Shown: positions 20,593-31,533, counted from the stretch's first letter. The stretch is DNA of 64,000 bases from an uncultured delta proteobacterium (GCA_963848295.1 CAWKDB010000002.1:704001-768000); one strand, 5' to 3'. The notes: generated by a model from the sequence alone, not told the origin. A program made the numbers and translations.

Positions 20593-23500
20593 GTGGCGAC
20601 CGACACGCCTTCGGGGCTCGGCGTGCCGACCGGCATGCCCACCGGCGTAGCGACCGCGCCGGCCGCCGACGCGCCGGGACCGTTCACCGGCCGCGAGCTC
20701 GGCGGGTTCGTGCTGCGCGAGGTGATCGGTCGCGGCGGCTACGGCGATGTCTATCTCGCCGAGCAATCTGCGTTGCGCCGCGAGGCGATCGTCAAGATCC
20801 TTCGACCTGAAGGCCAGGAGCTGCGGGTCGAGCGGTTCCTGCGCGAGGCCCAACTCGCGTCGCGCCTCGACCATCCGTACGCCGCGCACATCTACGCGTT
20901 CGGCGCCGAGCCCGACGGCGTCTTGTGGATCGCGATGGAGCGGGTGCGCGGTGCGTCGCTGCGGGCGGTGTTGAAGGCGCAAGGACCGATGACGCTCGAC
21001 CGGTTCGTGCCTTTGCTCGAGCGGATCTGCGAGGTCGTTCACACCGCGCACGAGCAAGGCATCGTCCATCGCGATCTGAAGCCGGACAACGTCATGGTGA
21101 TCTCGCGCGCCGGCCGGTTGATGCCGAAGCTGCTCGATTTCGGCATCGCGCGTGCGGTCGACAGCGATCCGCCCAGCGCCTCGGCGAACGCGTCCGACGC
21201 GGACATCACCGGGCCGATGGCGACCCAGGCCGCGACGCTCGGCGACGCCGCGTCGCCTGGCACGACGACGCCGGCCGGCACGACCACACCTTCGGCGACG
21301 ACGACCCAAGCCGGCGCGGTGCTCGGATCGCCAGCGTACATGGCGCCCGAGGTGTGGATCGATCCTCATGGCGCGGGGCCCGCCGCGGATCAATACGCGC
21401 TCGGCGCGCTCGCGTACGAGGCGCTCACCGGCCGGCTCGCGTTCAGCGGGCGCACGCTCGCCGAGATCGCGCGCGCTCACGGCAAGGGCAAGTTCAAGCC
21501 GCTCGGCGACGGCTTCCCCGGCGAGCTCGAGGCGGTATTGCAACGCGCGCTCGCACGCAAGCACGCCGACCGCTACGGCAACGTGCTCGAGCTCGCGCAG
21601 GCGTTTCGCGACGCGGCCGGCACGAACGACGGCGGCAGCGACCTGCCCCAGCTCGACGAGGAGCTGCGCGTTCGCTACCTGACCGTCGCGCCGCAGCCGC
21701 TCGCCGACGCGGTCGCGGGCTACGACGCCGCCAAGAACGCGCATCAAGCGCGCGAGGCGTTGCGCGCGATCGTCCGCACGACCGCGCGGTGGATCGGCGT
21801 CGTCGCGCTCGCGTGTCGAACGCGCGTCGGCAACGCCGGCAGTGACTCCGAGCGCGCGCGGACGTTGCTGCGCGAGCTGCGCCGGCAAGGGCTCGCGGCG
21901 GGCGGTTGGGTCGCGCTCGCTCGCGAGCTCACCCAGCCATTCGCGAAGCTGCCCGACACCCACCCTCTGCCCGAGCTCGTCACGGCCCTGCACGGCGGCG
22001 ATCCGTTCGCGCCGGTGCTCGAAGGCTCGTTGACCGAGGGCTTGCCCGACGCGTCGCTCGACGCCGCGGCCCAGGCGGTCGCTCGCGAGTTGCCGCCGGT
22101 CGCGGCGATGCTGCGCGCGCTCGCGGTGATGTTCGATTATCAGCTCGTCGTGCCGCGCGACGGTCGCGGCGAAGCGTGGTCGGGCGCGCGCGGTGGATCG
22201 CGCAAGGACGTCGCGCTCGGCCGCCCCCTGCCCGACGGCCGGCCGGTGATCGTCGACGCGAACGGCAGCCCGCTCGTCGCGTTGTGGCCACTCGCGCAGG
22301 TCCACGTCGCGGTTCCCGGTCACCCGCCCGAGCTGTTCGTGCTCGCGGGTCCCGGCCGGCAGGGTGCACGCTTGGTATCGAGCCCGCACGGCTTCGAGCG
22401 CGGCGACGACGAGCTGTGGGACTGGTTTCGCGATCAAGTATTCGGCGGCGACGAGCCGGCGCGCGCGACCGCCGCGGCCGATGCTCCCTATCGCGGGCTC
22501 GCCGCGTACACCGAGCGCGACGCGCAGTGGTACGTCGGCCGCGAACGCGAAGTCGAAGCGCTCGCGAATCGCCTCAAGCTCGAGGCGTTCGTCGCGATCG
22601 TCGGCCCGTCGGGGGTCGGCAAGAGCTCGTTCGTCCAAGCCGGGCTCGTGCCCTCGCTCGCCGGTTGGAAGATCGTCACGACGCGGCCGCAGCGCGCGCC
22701 GATCGATCAGCTCGCCGGTGCGCTCGAGATCGACGACCTGCGCGAGGTCGCCGCGCTCGGCAACGACGCGATCCGCGAACGCATCCGCGCGATCGCTGCC
22801 GACCACGCGGGCCTGCTGATCGTGATCGATCAGTTCGAAGAGACGCTGACCCAGGGCGCGGCCGCCGAGGATCGCGAGCTGTTCGCGCGCATCCTGCTCG
22901 CGGCGACCCGAACGCGCGACGATCCGGTGCGCGTCGTGATCACGCTTGCGCGACGACTTCCTGATCCGCGCGGAGCAGCTACCCGGCTTCGATCGCGCGC
23001 TCGCCGGTGGCTTGCAGTTGCTCGGGCCGCTCAATCCCGCCGCGCTCGAGCGGATCATCGTCGAGCCCGCGCGCCGCGCCGGCTACGAGCTCGAGGATCC
23101 GAAACTGGCGGCGCGCATGGTCGAAGCCGTCGCCGGCACGCCCGCCGCGGTCGCGCTGATCTCGTTCACCGCCGCGCGGCTGTGGGAGCTGCGCGATCGC
23201 CACTTCCATCAGCTGCCGAAGAAAGCGTACGACGCGATCGGCGGCGTCGGCGGCGCGCTCGCTCGTCACGCCGACGAGACCGTCGACGCGATGCCGGCGG
23301 CCGAGCGCGCGCTCGTGCGCAAGGCGTTCCGTCACCTCGTCACGTTCGAGGGCACGCGCGCCGTGCTCGGGCGCGACGAGCTCGTCCAGTTGCTCGGCGG
23401 CGGCAACGACGCGACGCAAGCGGTGGAGCGCCTGCTCGGCGCGCGCCTGGTGAGCTCGAGCGAGAACGACGAGGGCATCGCCGTGATCGAGATCGTGCAC

Positions 23501-25981
23501 GAAGCGCTGCTCGCGGCGTGGCCGCGGCTCGCCGAGTGGCGCCGCGAGGACAGCGAAGGCTCGCGGTTTCACGAGCAACTGCGCGTCGCGGCCAAGCAAT
23601 GGGTCGATCGCGGCCGACCGCGCGGCGCACTGTGGCGAGGCGATGCGCTTGCCGAGTACCAGCTATGGCGCAAGCGTCATCCCGACAACCTCACTCCGGC
23701 CGAAGCCGCGTTCGGCGCCGCGTCGATCGCGACCGAGCTGCGCGGCCGGCGGATCCGTCGCGGCTTGCTCGCGGCCGCGATCGGGGTCGCCGCCGTGTTC
23801 GTGGTGTTCCTCGTCCGCGCGAACCGCGCCGAGCAACGGCTGTTGCGCGCGTCGACGTTCGATCAAGGCCGCCTGATGATGCTCGCCGCCGACAAGCTCG
23901 GCGCACTGCCGTTCCTGATCGACGCTTACGATCGCGGTCAGACCGGCGAGGCGAACCGCCTGCTGATCGAGGACGCGCTGCGCACGACCCGCGGCCGCGT
24001 GCTCACGCTCGAAGGACACACCCAGAAGCTGCGCGTCGTGGCCTACAGCCCGGACGGCAAGACGATCGCGAGCTCGAGCGCCGACGGCACCGCGCGGCTG
24101 TGGAACGCGAGCACCGGCGCGACGATCGACGTGATCACGCTCGCGGGGCCAGCGCTCGGCCTCGCCTTCTCGCCCGACGGCAAGCGCCTCGCGGTCGGTG
24201 GCCGCGACCCGGCGATCCACATCTGGGATATCGAGCACCACCGCGAGGTCGCGCGGCTGGAGCGCAGCGGGATCGTCCTCGCGCTCGAGTTCTCCGCCGA
24301 CGGCAAGACGCTGCTCGCGACCGGCGGTGACACGGTCGACGTCGTGCCGATCGACGGCGGGCCGATCGTCACGGTCGTCAAGGGCGGCGGCGCCGATGGT
24401 CGATTCTGCGCCGGCGGCTCGCGCATCGCGTCGTGGACGTTCAAGGGCGAGATCGCATTGTGGAACGCGACCGGCGGGCCACCGATCGCGACCTACACCG
24501 GCGGGTTCGCGGCAGGGGCAGGCGCGGTGAGCGCCGACTGCAAGCTGATCGCGGTCGGCACGCAGGTCGGCGAATTCGATCTCGTGCGCGCCGATGGCAA
24601 GCTCGTCACCCATCCGCGGGCTCACAGCAAGGCGGTGTCGGACGTCTCGATCTCGCCCGACGCCACCGAGATCGCGACCGCGGCGGGCGATGACACGCGG
24701 GTGTGGGATCCAAACGGCGATCTCGGGCTGGTCATGTCCGATGCGCGCTCCGCCTACTGGGCCGCGCGGTTCTCGCCGCAGAGCGATCTGCTGGCGACCG
24801 CGAACGCCGACGGCTCGGTCCGGATCTACCGCGCCGACACCGGCGCGCTCGCGAGCGAGCTGTCGGGGCACCACGAGCCGGTCTCGAGCGTCGCGTTCTC
24901 TCCGGACGGTAGCCACCTCGTCACCGGTTCGTGGGACCACCACGCGATCGTCTGGGACCTCGATCGCGCGCGCGGGTTCGAGCTGCTCCCCGACGCCCTC
25001 GTCGAGCCGAGCGGGATCAGCCATCTCGCGTTCAGCCCCGACGGCAGCCGACTCGCGATCCTCGCCGAGGCGCGGATGCCGGCGATCGTGAAGGCCGGCG
25101 CGCTCCAGTGCAAAGGCTCGGTCGCGGCCAGCGCGTTCGCGTGGAATCGCGATGCCACGCAGCTCGCGACCCGAGCGGACGGCGATCCGGTGGCGCACGT
25201 CTGGGACGCGACGACGTGCGCGCTGGTCGCGTCGTTCGTGCACGACCAGCCGGTGACCGCGATCGCGTTCGCGCGCGACGGCCGATTGATCACCGGCTCG
25301 GCCGACCGCACCGTGCGGCTGTGGGACGTCGCGCGCGGAACGGTCGCGGCCAGCTACGTCGAGCCCGGCCCGATCACCGAGGTCGGGCTCGACCCCGACG
25401 GCGAGGTCTATGCCATCGCGTTCGCCGAGACCGCGACGCTGACGATCCACGTGACCGATCCGGCGCGCCGCCGCGTGCTCGCAGCGAACAAGCCGGGCCT
25501 GGCGAGCGTCAGCTTCGATCGCCGACACCATCGCATCCTCGGCGCCGGCATCGACCAATACGTCTGGATCTGGGACGACCGCACCGGCGAGCTCGTTCAG
25601 AAGCTCGAAGCCAGCGGGCCGCTGTCCGGGCTCGCGATCAGCCCCGATGGCTCACTGTTCGTCGCGCTCGGCGGCCTCACCCCGGTCGTGTGGAAGACCG
25701 ACACGTTCGAGCGGGTCGGCGAGCTCGACGGTCATACCGAGAGCGTGATCGCCGGCGGGTTCATCGCGGACCACCTGCTCGTGACCAGCGGTCGGGATGG
25801 CGCCGCTCGGGTGTGGGACATGGCGACGCTGCACCCGCTCGAGGTCATGCAGAACGTCTCCGAGATCGCGGTCCGTCCCGATCGGGTCGTGCTGGCGGGC
25901 AGCGGGACCCGGGCGTGGATCCCGAGGTTCCCGACACCAGCACCCGATGAGCTCGCCCGGTTTCGAGGGCTTGGGCGCTAG
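20593..25981 (+). pseudogene. Ser/Thr kinase-nSTAND1 NTPase-WD40 protein split by a single-base frameshift near 22946 (pseudogene or sequencing error)
   Basis: Kinase and [15 protein letters not shown] in one frame up to VRVVITL; RDDF...EIVHEALL, TM and WD40 repeats continue in the next frame; ACG CTT GCG CGA CGA has one extra base versus T-L-R-D-D. Confidence 0.85.
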
Positions 25982-26075
25982 ATCAGTGAGCTGTTCGCGG
26001 TGCCGCACATACATTTCAACACACGCAAACCGTCTGGATTACTGAGTTTTTTCCTCACGGCTACGTACCGGTGAG

Positions 26076-26095
26076 TGTTATTCTGGAACTGGAGG
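26076..26095 (+). promoter_or_regulatory. Extended -10 (TGnTATTCT) and SD (GGAGG) for the small peptide gene
   Basis: TGTTATTCT at 26076-26084 and GGAGG at 26091-26095 in an AT-enriched intergenic region. Confidence 0.55.
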
Positions 26096-26099
26096 CGCG

Positions 26100-26285
26100 A
26101 TGAAGAAACCATCAGAAAAGAAACTTCGTCTGATGCGATCGGTCGTCCGAGGGCTCACGCGCCCCGAGCTCCAGGCCGCGGTCGGCGGCAGGATCGGAAA
26201 CGTCGGCTGCGCTGCGAGCTGCATTAGCTGCACGCGCACCGCCCTCCAGGGCGCGAACGACCCCTGCCCCGGGAAGGCCAGCTAG
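26100..26285 (+). CDS. Putative RiPP (lanthipeptide-like) precursor peptide, 61 aa
   Basis: Leader MKKPSEKKLRLMRSVVRGLTRPELQAAVGG (double-Gly) and core RIGNVGCAASCISCTRTALQGANDPCPGKAS (4 Cys, 3 Ser, 2 Thr); good SD; adjacent LanC-like gene. Confidence 0.8.
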   Translation: MKKPSEKKLRLMRSVVRGLTRPELQAAVGGRIGNVGCAASCISCTRTALQGANDPCPGKAS

Positions 26286-26302
26286 CTCGGGACGACCGCT
26301 CG

Positions 26303-27361
26303 CTACGCGAGCGGCGGCAGCGGTTCGGCGATCGACTTGCGCGTGAGATCGCTGACCAAGCAGACCAGGCCGGACAGCCCACCGTAGAGGCCGTGGCCGA
26401 GCGTCTCGTCGCCGAGGGAGCGCAGCGCGAGTGCCCGCGCACGCGGTCGCCACTCGCCCGACGGATCGATGCGAGCGATCGCGAGCAGGGCATAGGCCCG
26501 GCCGCCGAGGCCGCAGCACACGTTACCGCCGTTGTAGTCCGCAGCCAGGTCACTCTCGAGCGCGGGCGCGGCGGTCTGCGCGGCGTCGAGCCACCTCGCA
26601 TCGCCGGTCGCTTCGAACGCGGAGACCCAGAGCAAGACGAACCCCGCCAACCCGTTGCACAGCGAGAGCCCGAGGCCGGCCGGCGCACGCGAACGAACGA
26701 GCTCGACATTCGGCGGTTCGAGGTCCGGGACGATCGCGGCCGACTCGGTCGCGCGCGCCGACGAGATCAGCGTGCGCTGGACGCCGGCCCGGCCGTGCGC
26801 CAACGCCGGTCCGGGCAGCGCCGGCGCCGCAACGACGCGGCCGCGGACCGTCTCGATCAACGCATCGAGGCGCGCATCGTCGATGTGCCGGCGAAGACCG
26901 AGCGCGGTCGCGAGCACGCCGGCGTCGCCGAACCACAGCTCGGACATCGGCCGCCGCGGCTTGGTCGTCGCCGAGATGAACTTCGCGAGCGCGCGATCGC
27001 GGTCGCGCGCGCGACCGAGCGCCTGACCGACGAGCGCACCGACCGCGTGGATCCCGGGGGGGCCGACCACGACCGACGTCGCGACCGACATCCGCGCGAG
27101 GTCGCCGGCTCGCAGCCCGCGCGGTGCCCGCGCCGCGGCCATCGCGATCGACCACCACCGGCGCGCCTGGACCAGCGCTTCGCCGTGCTTCGCGGCGGTG
27201 CCGACGCGCCACAACGCATACGCGGTGCCGGCGGCGCCGTGGCCGAGCCCCGCCCAGGGCGCGGGTTGCGATGCGCGCACGTCGGCGAGTGACACCGAGC
27301 TGACCCAATCGATCCACGCCGCGATGAAGCGCTCGAGCTCGCGATCGATGCGGTCAGCCAC
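26303..27361 (-). CDS. Stand-alone LanC-like (lanthionine synthetase C) protein
   Basis: GxxG barrel repeats: GLGHGAAG, ELWFGDAG, LAHGRAG (catalytic His), SLCNGLAG and VCCGLGGRAYALL (Zn ligands), GLYGGLSG. Confidence 0.85.
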   Translation of the reverse strand: MADRIDRELERFIAAWIDWVSSVSLADVRASQPAPWAGLGHGAAGTAYALWRVGTAAKHGEALVQARRWWSIAMAAARAPRGLRAGDLARMSVATSVVVGPPGIHAVGALVGQALGRARDRDRALAKFISATTKPRRPMSELWFGDAGVLATALGLRRHIDDARLDALIETVRGRVVAAPALPGPALAHGRAGVQRTLISSARATESAAIVPDLEPPNVELVRSRAPAGLGLSLCNGLAGFVLLWVSAFEATGDARWLDAAQTAAPALESDLAADYNGGNVCCGLGGRAYALLAIARIDPSGEWRPRARALALRSLGDETLGHGLYGGLSGLVCLVSDLTRKSIAEPLPPLA

Positions 27362-28715
27362 GCCGACCCTGGACGCGCAGCACCGGGCCTTCGGGCGTCT
27401 GACCGACGGGGAGCTCGGCCGCGATCAGCTCGGCGATGACGTGGTCGACGCGGATTTCGGCAAGGGCGGCGTCGTCGTCGAGCGATCCGATCGCACCGGT
27501 CAACGTCGCGCGCTCGAGCATGACCGCACCGCGATCGAACGACTCTTCGATCGTGTCGTTGACGCCCCGCGCGAACAGGGCGACGCCGCCGTCGAAGTGC
27601 TCGCTCGCCGCGATCGCGGCGCGAGCGGCTGCGAGTGCACCGGACTTGCCCGCACCCTTGGCTTGGAGCAACGCGGACCCATCCTCGAACACGTGCGCCG
27701 ACAGATCGTGGCGCGACGCGAGCTGCTCGACCTGCGCGCCGTGCTGACGATCGTCCTCGGGCGGCTCGAACGGCGCGAGGAACACGAACGCGTTCGGTAG
27801 CTCGATCTCCGGCGAGCTGCGCGGCGTGCGTTCTCGGCCGGGCATCACCGAGGTCGTCGCCTCGCTCGCGCTACTGCCGCGGCGCGGGCTGTCCGGCATC
27901 GGCGGCAGCGCGCGCAGCCGCGCGAGCGCGGCGTTGCCGTCGGCCGGGCGTAACGTCGAGGCTTTGTCGAGCATGGCGTCGACCAGCGCGATCAATTCGG
28001 GCGGCGCCTCCGGGCACGCGGTGACGAGCGCGGTCGGCTCGGCGAGCAACACCCGCGCGCGCACGCTCGCTGCGGTCTTGCCGCCGAACGCGACCCGCCC
28101 GGTCATCATCTGGTACAGCACGCAGCCGAGCGACCACACGTCGCTCGCCGAGTCGATGTCGGTCTTGCCGCGGGTCTGCTCGGGCGACATGTACGGCGGC
28201 GTACCGATCATCACGCCCGTGCGAGTCAGGAGGCCGGCCTCGGTCGCGAGCCGCGCGATGCCGAAGTCGACGACCTTGACCGCGTCGGGCCGGCCGCCTT
28301 CGAGCAAGATGTTCGAGGGCTTGATGTCGCGATGGATCACGCCGAGCTCGTGCGCCGCGGCCAGCGCCGCGGCGACCTCGATCGCGATCGTGACCGCTTC
28401 GCGCAGATCGATGCCTTTGCTGCGCTGATACGCGGACAGCGTGCTGCCGTCGATCCAGTCCTCGGCGAGGTAATGGACGCCCGCATCGGCGCCGTGCGCG
28501 ACGTAGCCGACCACGTTCTGGTGACGGACCGTGGCCAACAGGTTCGACTCGCGCGCGAACCGGGCGAGATCGGACGGCCTCTCGATGCGCAAGACCTTGA
28601 TCGCGACGGTGCGCCCGGTCTCGCGATCGCGGCCGCGATATACCCATCCCATGCCGCCCACGCTCGCCTCGGCGAGGAGCTCGAACCGCCCGTCGAGGAC
28701 GGCGCCAACCGACAT
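27354..28715 (-). CDS. Ser/Thr protein kinase with degenerate cyclase-like C-terminal domain, overlapping the lanC-like start
   Basis: GGMG, VAIK, HRDIKPSN, DFG, MSPE; 8-bp overlap with LanC-like gene; ATG 28715 preceded by TATACT. Confidence 0.9.
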   Translation of the reverse strand: MSVGAVLDGRFELLAEASVGGMGWVYRGRDRETGRTVAIKVLRIERPSDLARFARESNLLATVRHQNVVGYVAHGADAGVHYLAEDWIDGSTLSAYQRSKGIDLREAVTIAIEVAAALAAAHELGVIHRDIKPSNILLEGGRPDAVKVVDFGIARLATEAGLLTRTGVMIGTPPYMSPEQTRGKTDIDSASDVWSLGCVLYQMMTGRVAFGGKTAASVRARVLLAEPTALVTACPEAPPELIALVDAMLDKASTLRPADGNAALARLRALPPMPDSPRRGSSASEATTSVMPGRERTPRSSPEIELPNAFVFLAPFEPPEDDRQHGAQVEQLASRHDLSAHVFEDGSALLQAKGAGKSGALAAARAAIAASEHFDGGVALFARGVNDTIEESFDRGAVMLERATLTGAIGSLDDDAALAEIRVDHVIAELIAAELPVGQTPEGPVLRVQGRRG

Positions 28716-28961
28716 CTCGAACAGTATAGCAGCGACGCGAAATCTCAGGGCTCTTCGGAGTCGCGCGGGGTCGCCGCGGCGCGGTTTCGGGGCGATCGCA
28801 TCGGGTCGGGTGTAGGCGGTTGGGCGCTTTGCGACTGCGCCCTGCAATGGTATAGCCATGCCTCGTTCTTGCGAGGGCGACTGCGAGCGTCACCAGACGG
28901 TCGTTGAGATCGCCCCCATGGCGGCTGGTGGCGTCGTTTTGCAGTGCCGTAGGAGCGAATT

Positions 28962-29240
28962 TTGACCAACCCAGCATTAGCAAAGCGTTTACGTGGACGG
29001 CCCGAACGGGTGTTCGTTTCAGTCAACGAGAGCACCCAGCGCTCGACCATCTCGTTCATGCCCGGCGATATCGGCGACCCGGTCCTCCACGAGAACGACT
29101 CCAACGGCGCGATCGCGCTGCGCGAAGCCAAGGAAATCTCGGACAGCTTCCCGGGCTGCACCGTCCATGGCCCGCACTTCCACACGGCTCAGCCACCAGG
29201 GCGCAAGCTCCGCCGCCGGCCGAGCCCACCTAAGGAGTAG
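28962..29240 (+). CDS. Small hypothetical protein
   Basis: Coding-like composition, ends just before SD AAGGAG of the next gene; start uncertain. Confidence 0.55.
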   Translation: MTNPALAKRLRGRPERVFVSVNESTQRSTISFMPGDIGDPVLHENDSNGAIALREAKEISDSFPGCTVHGPHFHTAQPPGRKLRRRPSPPKE

Positions 29241-29250
29241 CTATCCGACC

Positions 29251-29643
29251 ATGACGAATCGAAAAGCCACATTTGCCAAGCGCCAGCGCGAGACTGACCT
29301 GAAGGACAAGGCTCGCCAAAAGGCGATGCGCCGTGAACAGAAGCGGACCGAAGTGCGCGTGACGAAGGGCCCCGAGATCGCGTGGGACGAGGCCGTGCAC
29401 GAGACCGACTCCGGAGCGCTGCCGCCGACCGATGCTCCGCCGACCGACGACAAGGCCACGCCGTCGCCTGACCCGCACCGCCCGTCGGCGGCGCTGCCCG
29501 CGGGAGGCAAGCCCCTGGCGTCGAGTGATCCGCACCGCCCGTCGGCGGCGGCCGCGAGCAAGCCCGTGGCGTCAGGTGACACGCATCGCCATCCGGTGCA
29601 GCCGGCCGGAGGCAAGCCGGTGCCATCGAGCGATCCGTCGTAG
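29251..29643 (+). CDS. Small basic hypothetical protein with repeat-expanded C-terminus
   Basis: MTNRKATFAKRQRETDLKDK...; upstream AAGGAG; tail made of 57-bp-family repeats. Confidence 0.7.
   Translation: MTNRKATFAKRQRETDLKDKARQKAMRREQKRTEVRVTKGPEIAWDEAVHETDSGALPPTDAPPTDDKATPSPDPHRPSAALPAGGKPLASSDPHRPSAAAASKPVASGDTHRHPVQPAGGKPVPSSDPS
29463..29637 (+). repeat. Degenerate tandem copies of the 57-bp in-frame palindromic element
   Basis: First unit 29463-29519 is exactly 57 bp (gtcgcctgacccgcaccgcccgtcggcggcgctgccc...) and aligns with the 45378-45527 unit. Confidence 0.7.
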
Positions 29644-29655
29644 CGCGCGGCGCTG

Positions 29656-30642
29656 GTGTTGGTCGAGCGCATCGTCGATTCCGGGCTCGTGCCCGAGCCG
29701 GTGATGCGCGCCGCGATCCGCGGGGTGTGCGCCCTGCGGTTGTTCCAAGAGCGCCGCCGCGATCCGCGTGCGCTCGTCGCCGAGCTGCGGCGCAGCGAGC
29801 TCGCGATCGAGACCGCAGCCGCGAACGAGCAGCACTACGAAGTGCCCGCGGCGTTCTTCGAGCGCGTGCTCGGCTCGCACGTCAAGTACTCGGGATGCTA
29901 CTGGCCCGCGGGCGTCGAGACGCTCGATGCCGCCGAGGCCGCGATGCTCGAGCTCTACGCCGAGCGCGCCGGGCTCGCCGACGGCCAGCGCGTGCTCGAT
30001 CTCGGCTGTGGCTGGGGCTCGGTCGCGCTGTGGGCGGCCGCGCGCTATCCCGCGAGCCAGCTCACCGCGGTCTCGAGCTCGAACAGCCAGCGCGAATTCA
30101 TCACCGCGCGCGCCGCGGCGCGGGGGCTCGGTAACCTCACGGTGCTCACCGCCGACATCCGCGGGCTCGAGCTGCCCGCCGCGAGCTTCGATCGCGTGGT
30201 GTCGATCGAGATGTTCGAGCACGTGCGCAACTACGACGCGCTGTTCGCCAAGCTCGCGCGCTGGCTGCGTCCGGATGGCGCGTTGTTCGTCCACGTGTTC
30301 GCGCATCGCCGCTTCGCCTATCCGTTCGAGGACGCCGGCGCGTCCGATTGGATGGCGCGCGAGTTCTTCACCGGCGGCCTGATGCCGAGCGTCGACTTGT
30401 TCCGCGAGTTCCAGCGCGAGCTCGCGATCACCGACGAGTGGCGGATCGACGGCACGCACTACGCGCGGACGGCGGAGGCCTGGTATCGCAACCTGATGGC
30501 GGCGCGCGGCGAGCTCGAGGCCGTGGTCGGCCGCGCCGGATTCCAGCGCTGGCGCGTGTTCTTTCTCGCGTGCGCCGAGCTGTTCGGCTATCGCGGCGGC
30601 AGCGAGTGGCTGGTCGCCCACTATCGGTTCGCGCCACGGTAA
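29656..30642 (+). CDS. SAM-dependent methyltransferase, cyclopropane-fatty-acyl-phospholipid synthase/CNMT-like
   Basis: ANEQHYEVP, KYSGCYW, LDLGCGWGS, DRVVSIEMFEH. Confidence 0.9.
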   Translation: MLVERIVDSGLVPEPVMRAAIRGVCALRLFQERRRDPRALVAELRRSELAIETAAANEQHYEVPAAFFERVLGSHVKYSGCYWPAGVETLDAAEAAMLELYAERAGLADGQRVLDLGCGWGSVALWAAARYPASQLTAVSSSNSQREFITARAAARGLGNLTVLTADIRGLELPAASFDRVVSIEMFEHVRNYDALFAKLARWLRPDGALFVHVFAHRRFAYPFEDAGASDWMAREFFTGGLMPSVDLFREFQRELAITDEWRIDGTHYARTAEAWYRNLMAARGELEAVVGRAGFQRWRVFFLACAELFGYRGGSEWLVAHYRFAPR

Positions 30643-30651
30643 CCTCGCGCG

Positions 30652-31533
30652 ATGCGCTTAGCTTGGATCCTCGCGCTCAGCTTCGCTTCTACGACCGCGC
30701 TCGCCGACGACGGGCACGACGCCTACGACCGCGCGACCGCCGATGGCCTGTTGCAGGCCACCGCCGATGCGATCAGCGGCGTCGCGTCGCCACACATGAA
30801 CGCCCCGCGGTTCGCGTTCGGCGTCCACTTTCCGCACGAGGCGCCGGAGACGGTCGACGACCTCAAAACCGGCGGCGATGCAGTCGACATCGCCTCGGTC
30901 AACCTGCGCGCGAAGTCGGGCAACACCGTCGCCTACGCGGCCGACGGCAGCGCGGCATGGGTCGCCGCGGATCTGTGGGCCTCATCGCCGTGCGGCATGG
31001 ATAGCTGCATGCATGCCAAGCCGGACCCGATGCATGCGACCGCGCTCTACGACAAGGCCGGCGGGTGGCAACCGGTGACGTGGTTGGCGAGCAGGGTCTA
31101 CGGCGGCGCCGAGCAAGCGAAGGCCGTCGCTCACGGCGTCAAGCTCATGGGGCTCGCGCGCAAGGTCGACGGCGCCGAGGAGGTCGTGAAGCAGCTCGAG
31201 GCGACCATCGGCGACGCCAAGGCGCTCGCCGCGACGGTGTCCGCGCGCAAGGACGTCGTGTTGTACGGCAGCGATCTCGGCGAGCGCTACGTCGGCGGCC
31301 CGCGAGTGCGCGCCAAGCTGATCGCGTGGGCGCTCGCGTTCAAGGTGCACGACGGCATCCAGGCCGGCGTGACGTCGAGCAAGACCGTCGCTTGGGTCGC
31401 CGCGAACGTCGACGCGACCTCCGCGAAACATCCGAAGGACAAGCCGGTGCCGTATCGAATGTTGTTCGTCTACGAGAACACCGGCGGCGCGTGGCAGCTA
31501 GTACAAGCGCAGTTCTCGTTCTCGGACATCTAA
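30652..31533 (+). CDS. Secreted hypothetical protein, possibly two NTF2/SnoaL-like domains
   Basis: Signal peptide; repeated AWVAA; C-terminal LFVYE..GGAWQLVQAQFS. Confidence 0.65.
   Translation: MRLAWILALSFASTTALADDGHDAYDRATADGLLQATADAISGVASPHMNAPRFAFGVHFPHEAPETVDDLKTGGDAVDIASVNLRAKSGNTVAYAADGSAAWVAADLWASSPCGMDSCMHAKPDPMHATALYDKAGGWQPVTWLASRVYGGAEQAKAVAHGVKLMGLARKVDGAEEVVKQLEATIGDAKALAATVSARKDVVLYGSDLGERYVGGPRVRAKLIAWALAFKVHDGIQAGVTSSKTVAWVAANVDATSAKHPKDKPVPYRMLFVYENTGGAWQLVQAQFSFSDI

Noticed and set aside
26208..26231. CxxxCxxC as a radical SAM enzyme fragment
   Set aside because: It lies in a 61-aa ORF after a double-Gly leader with no TIM-barrel sequence
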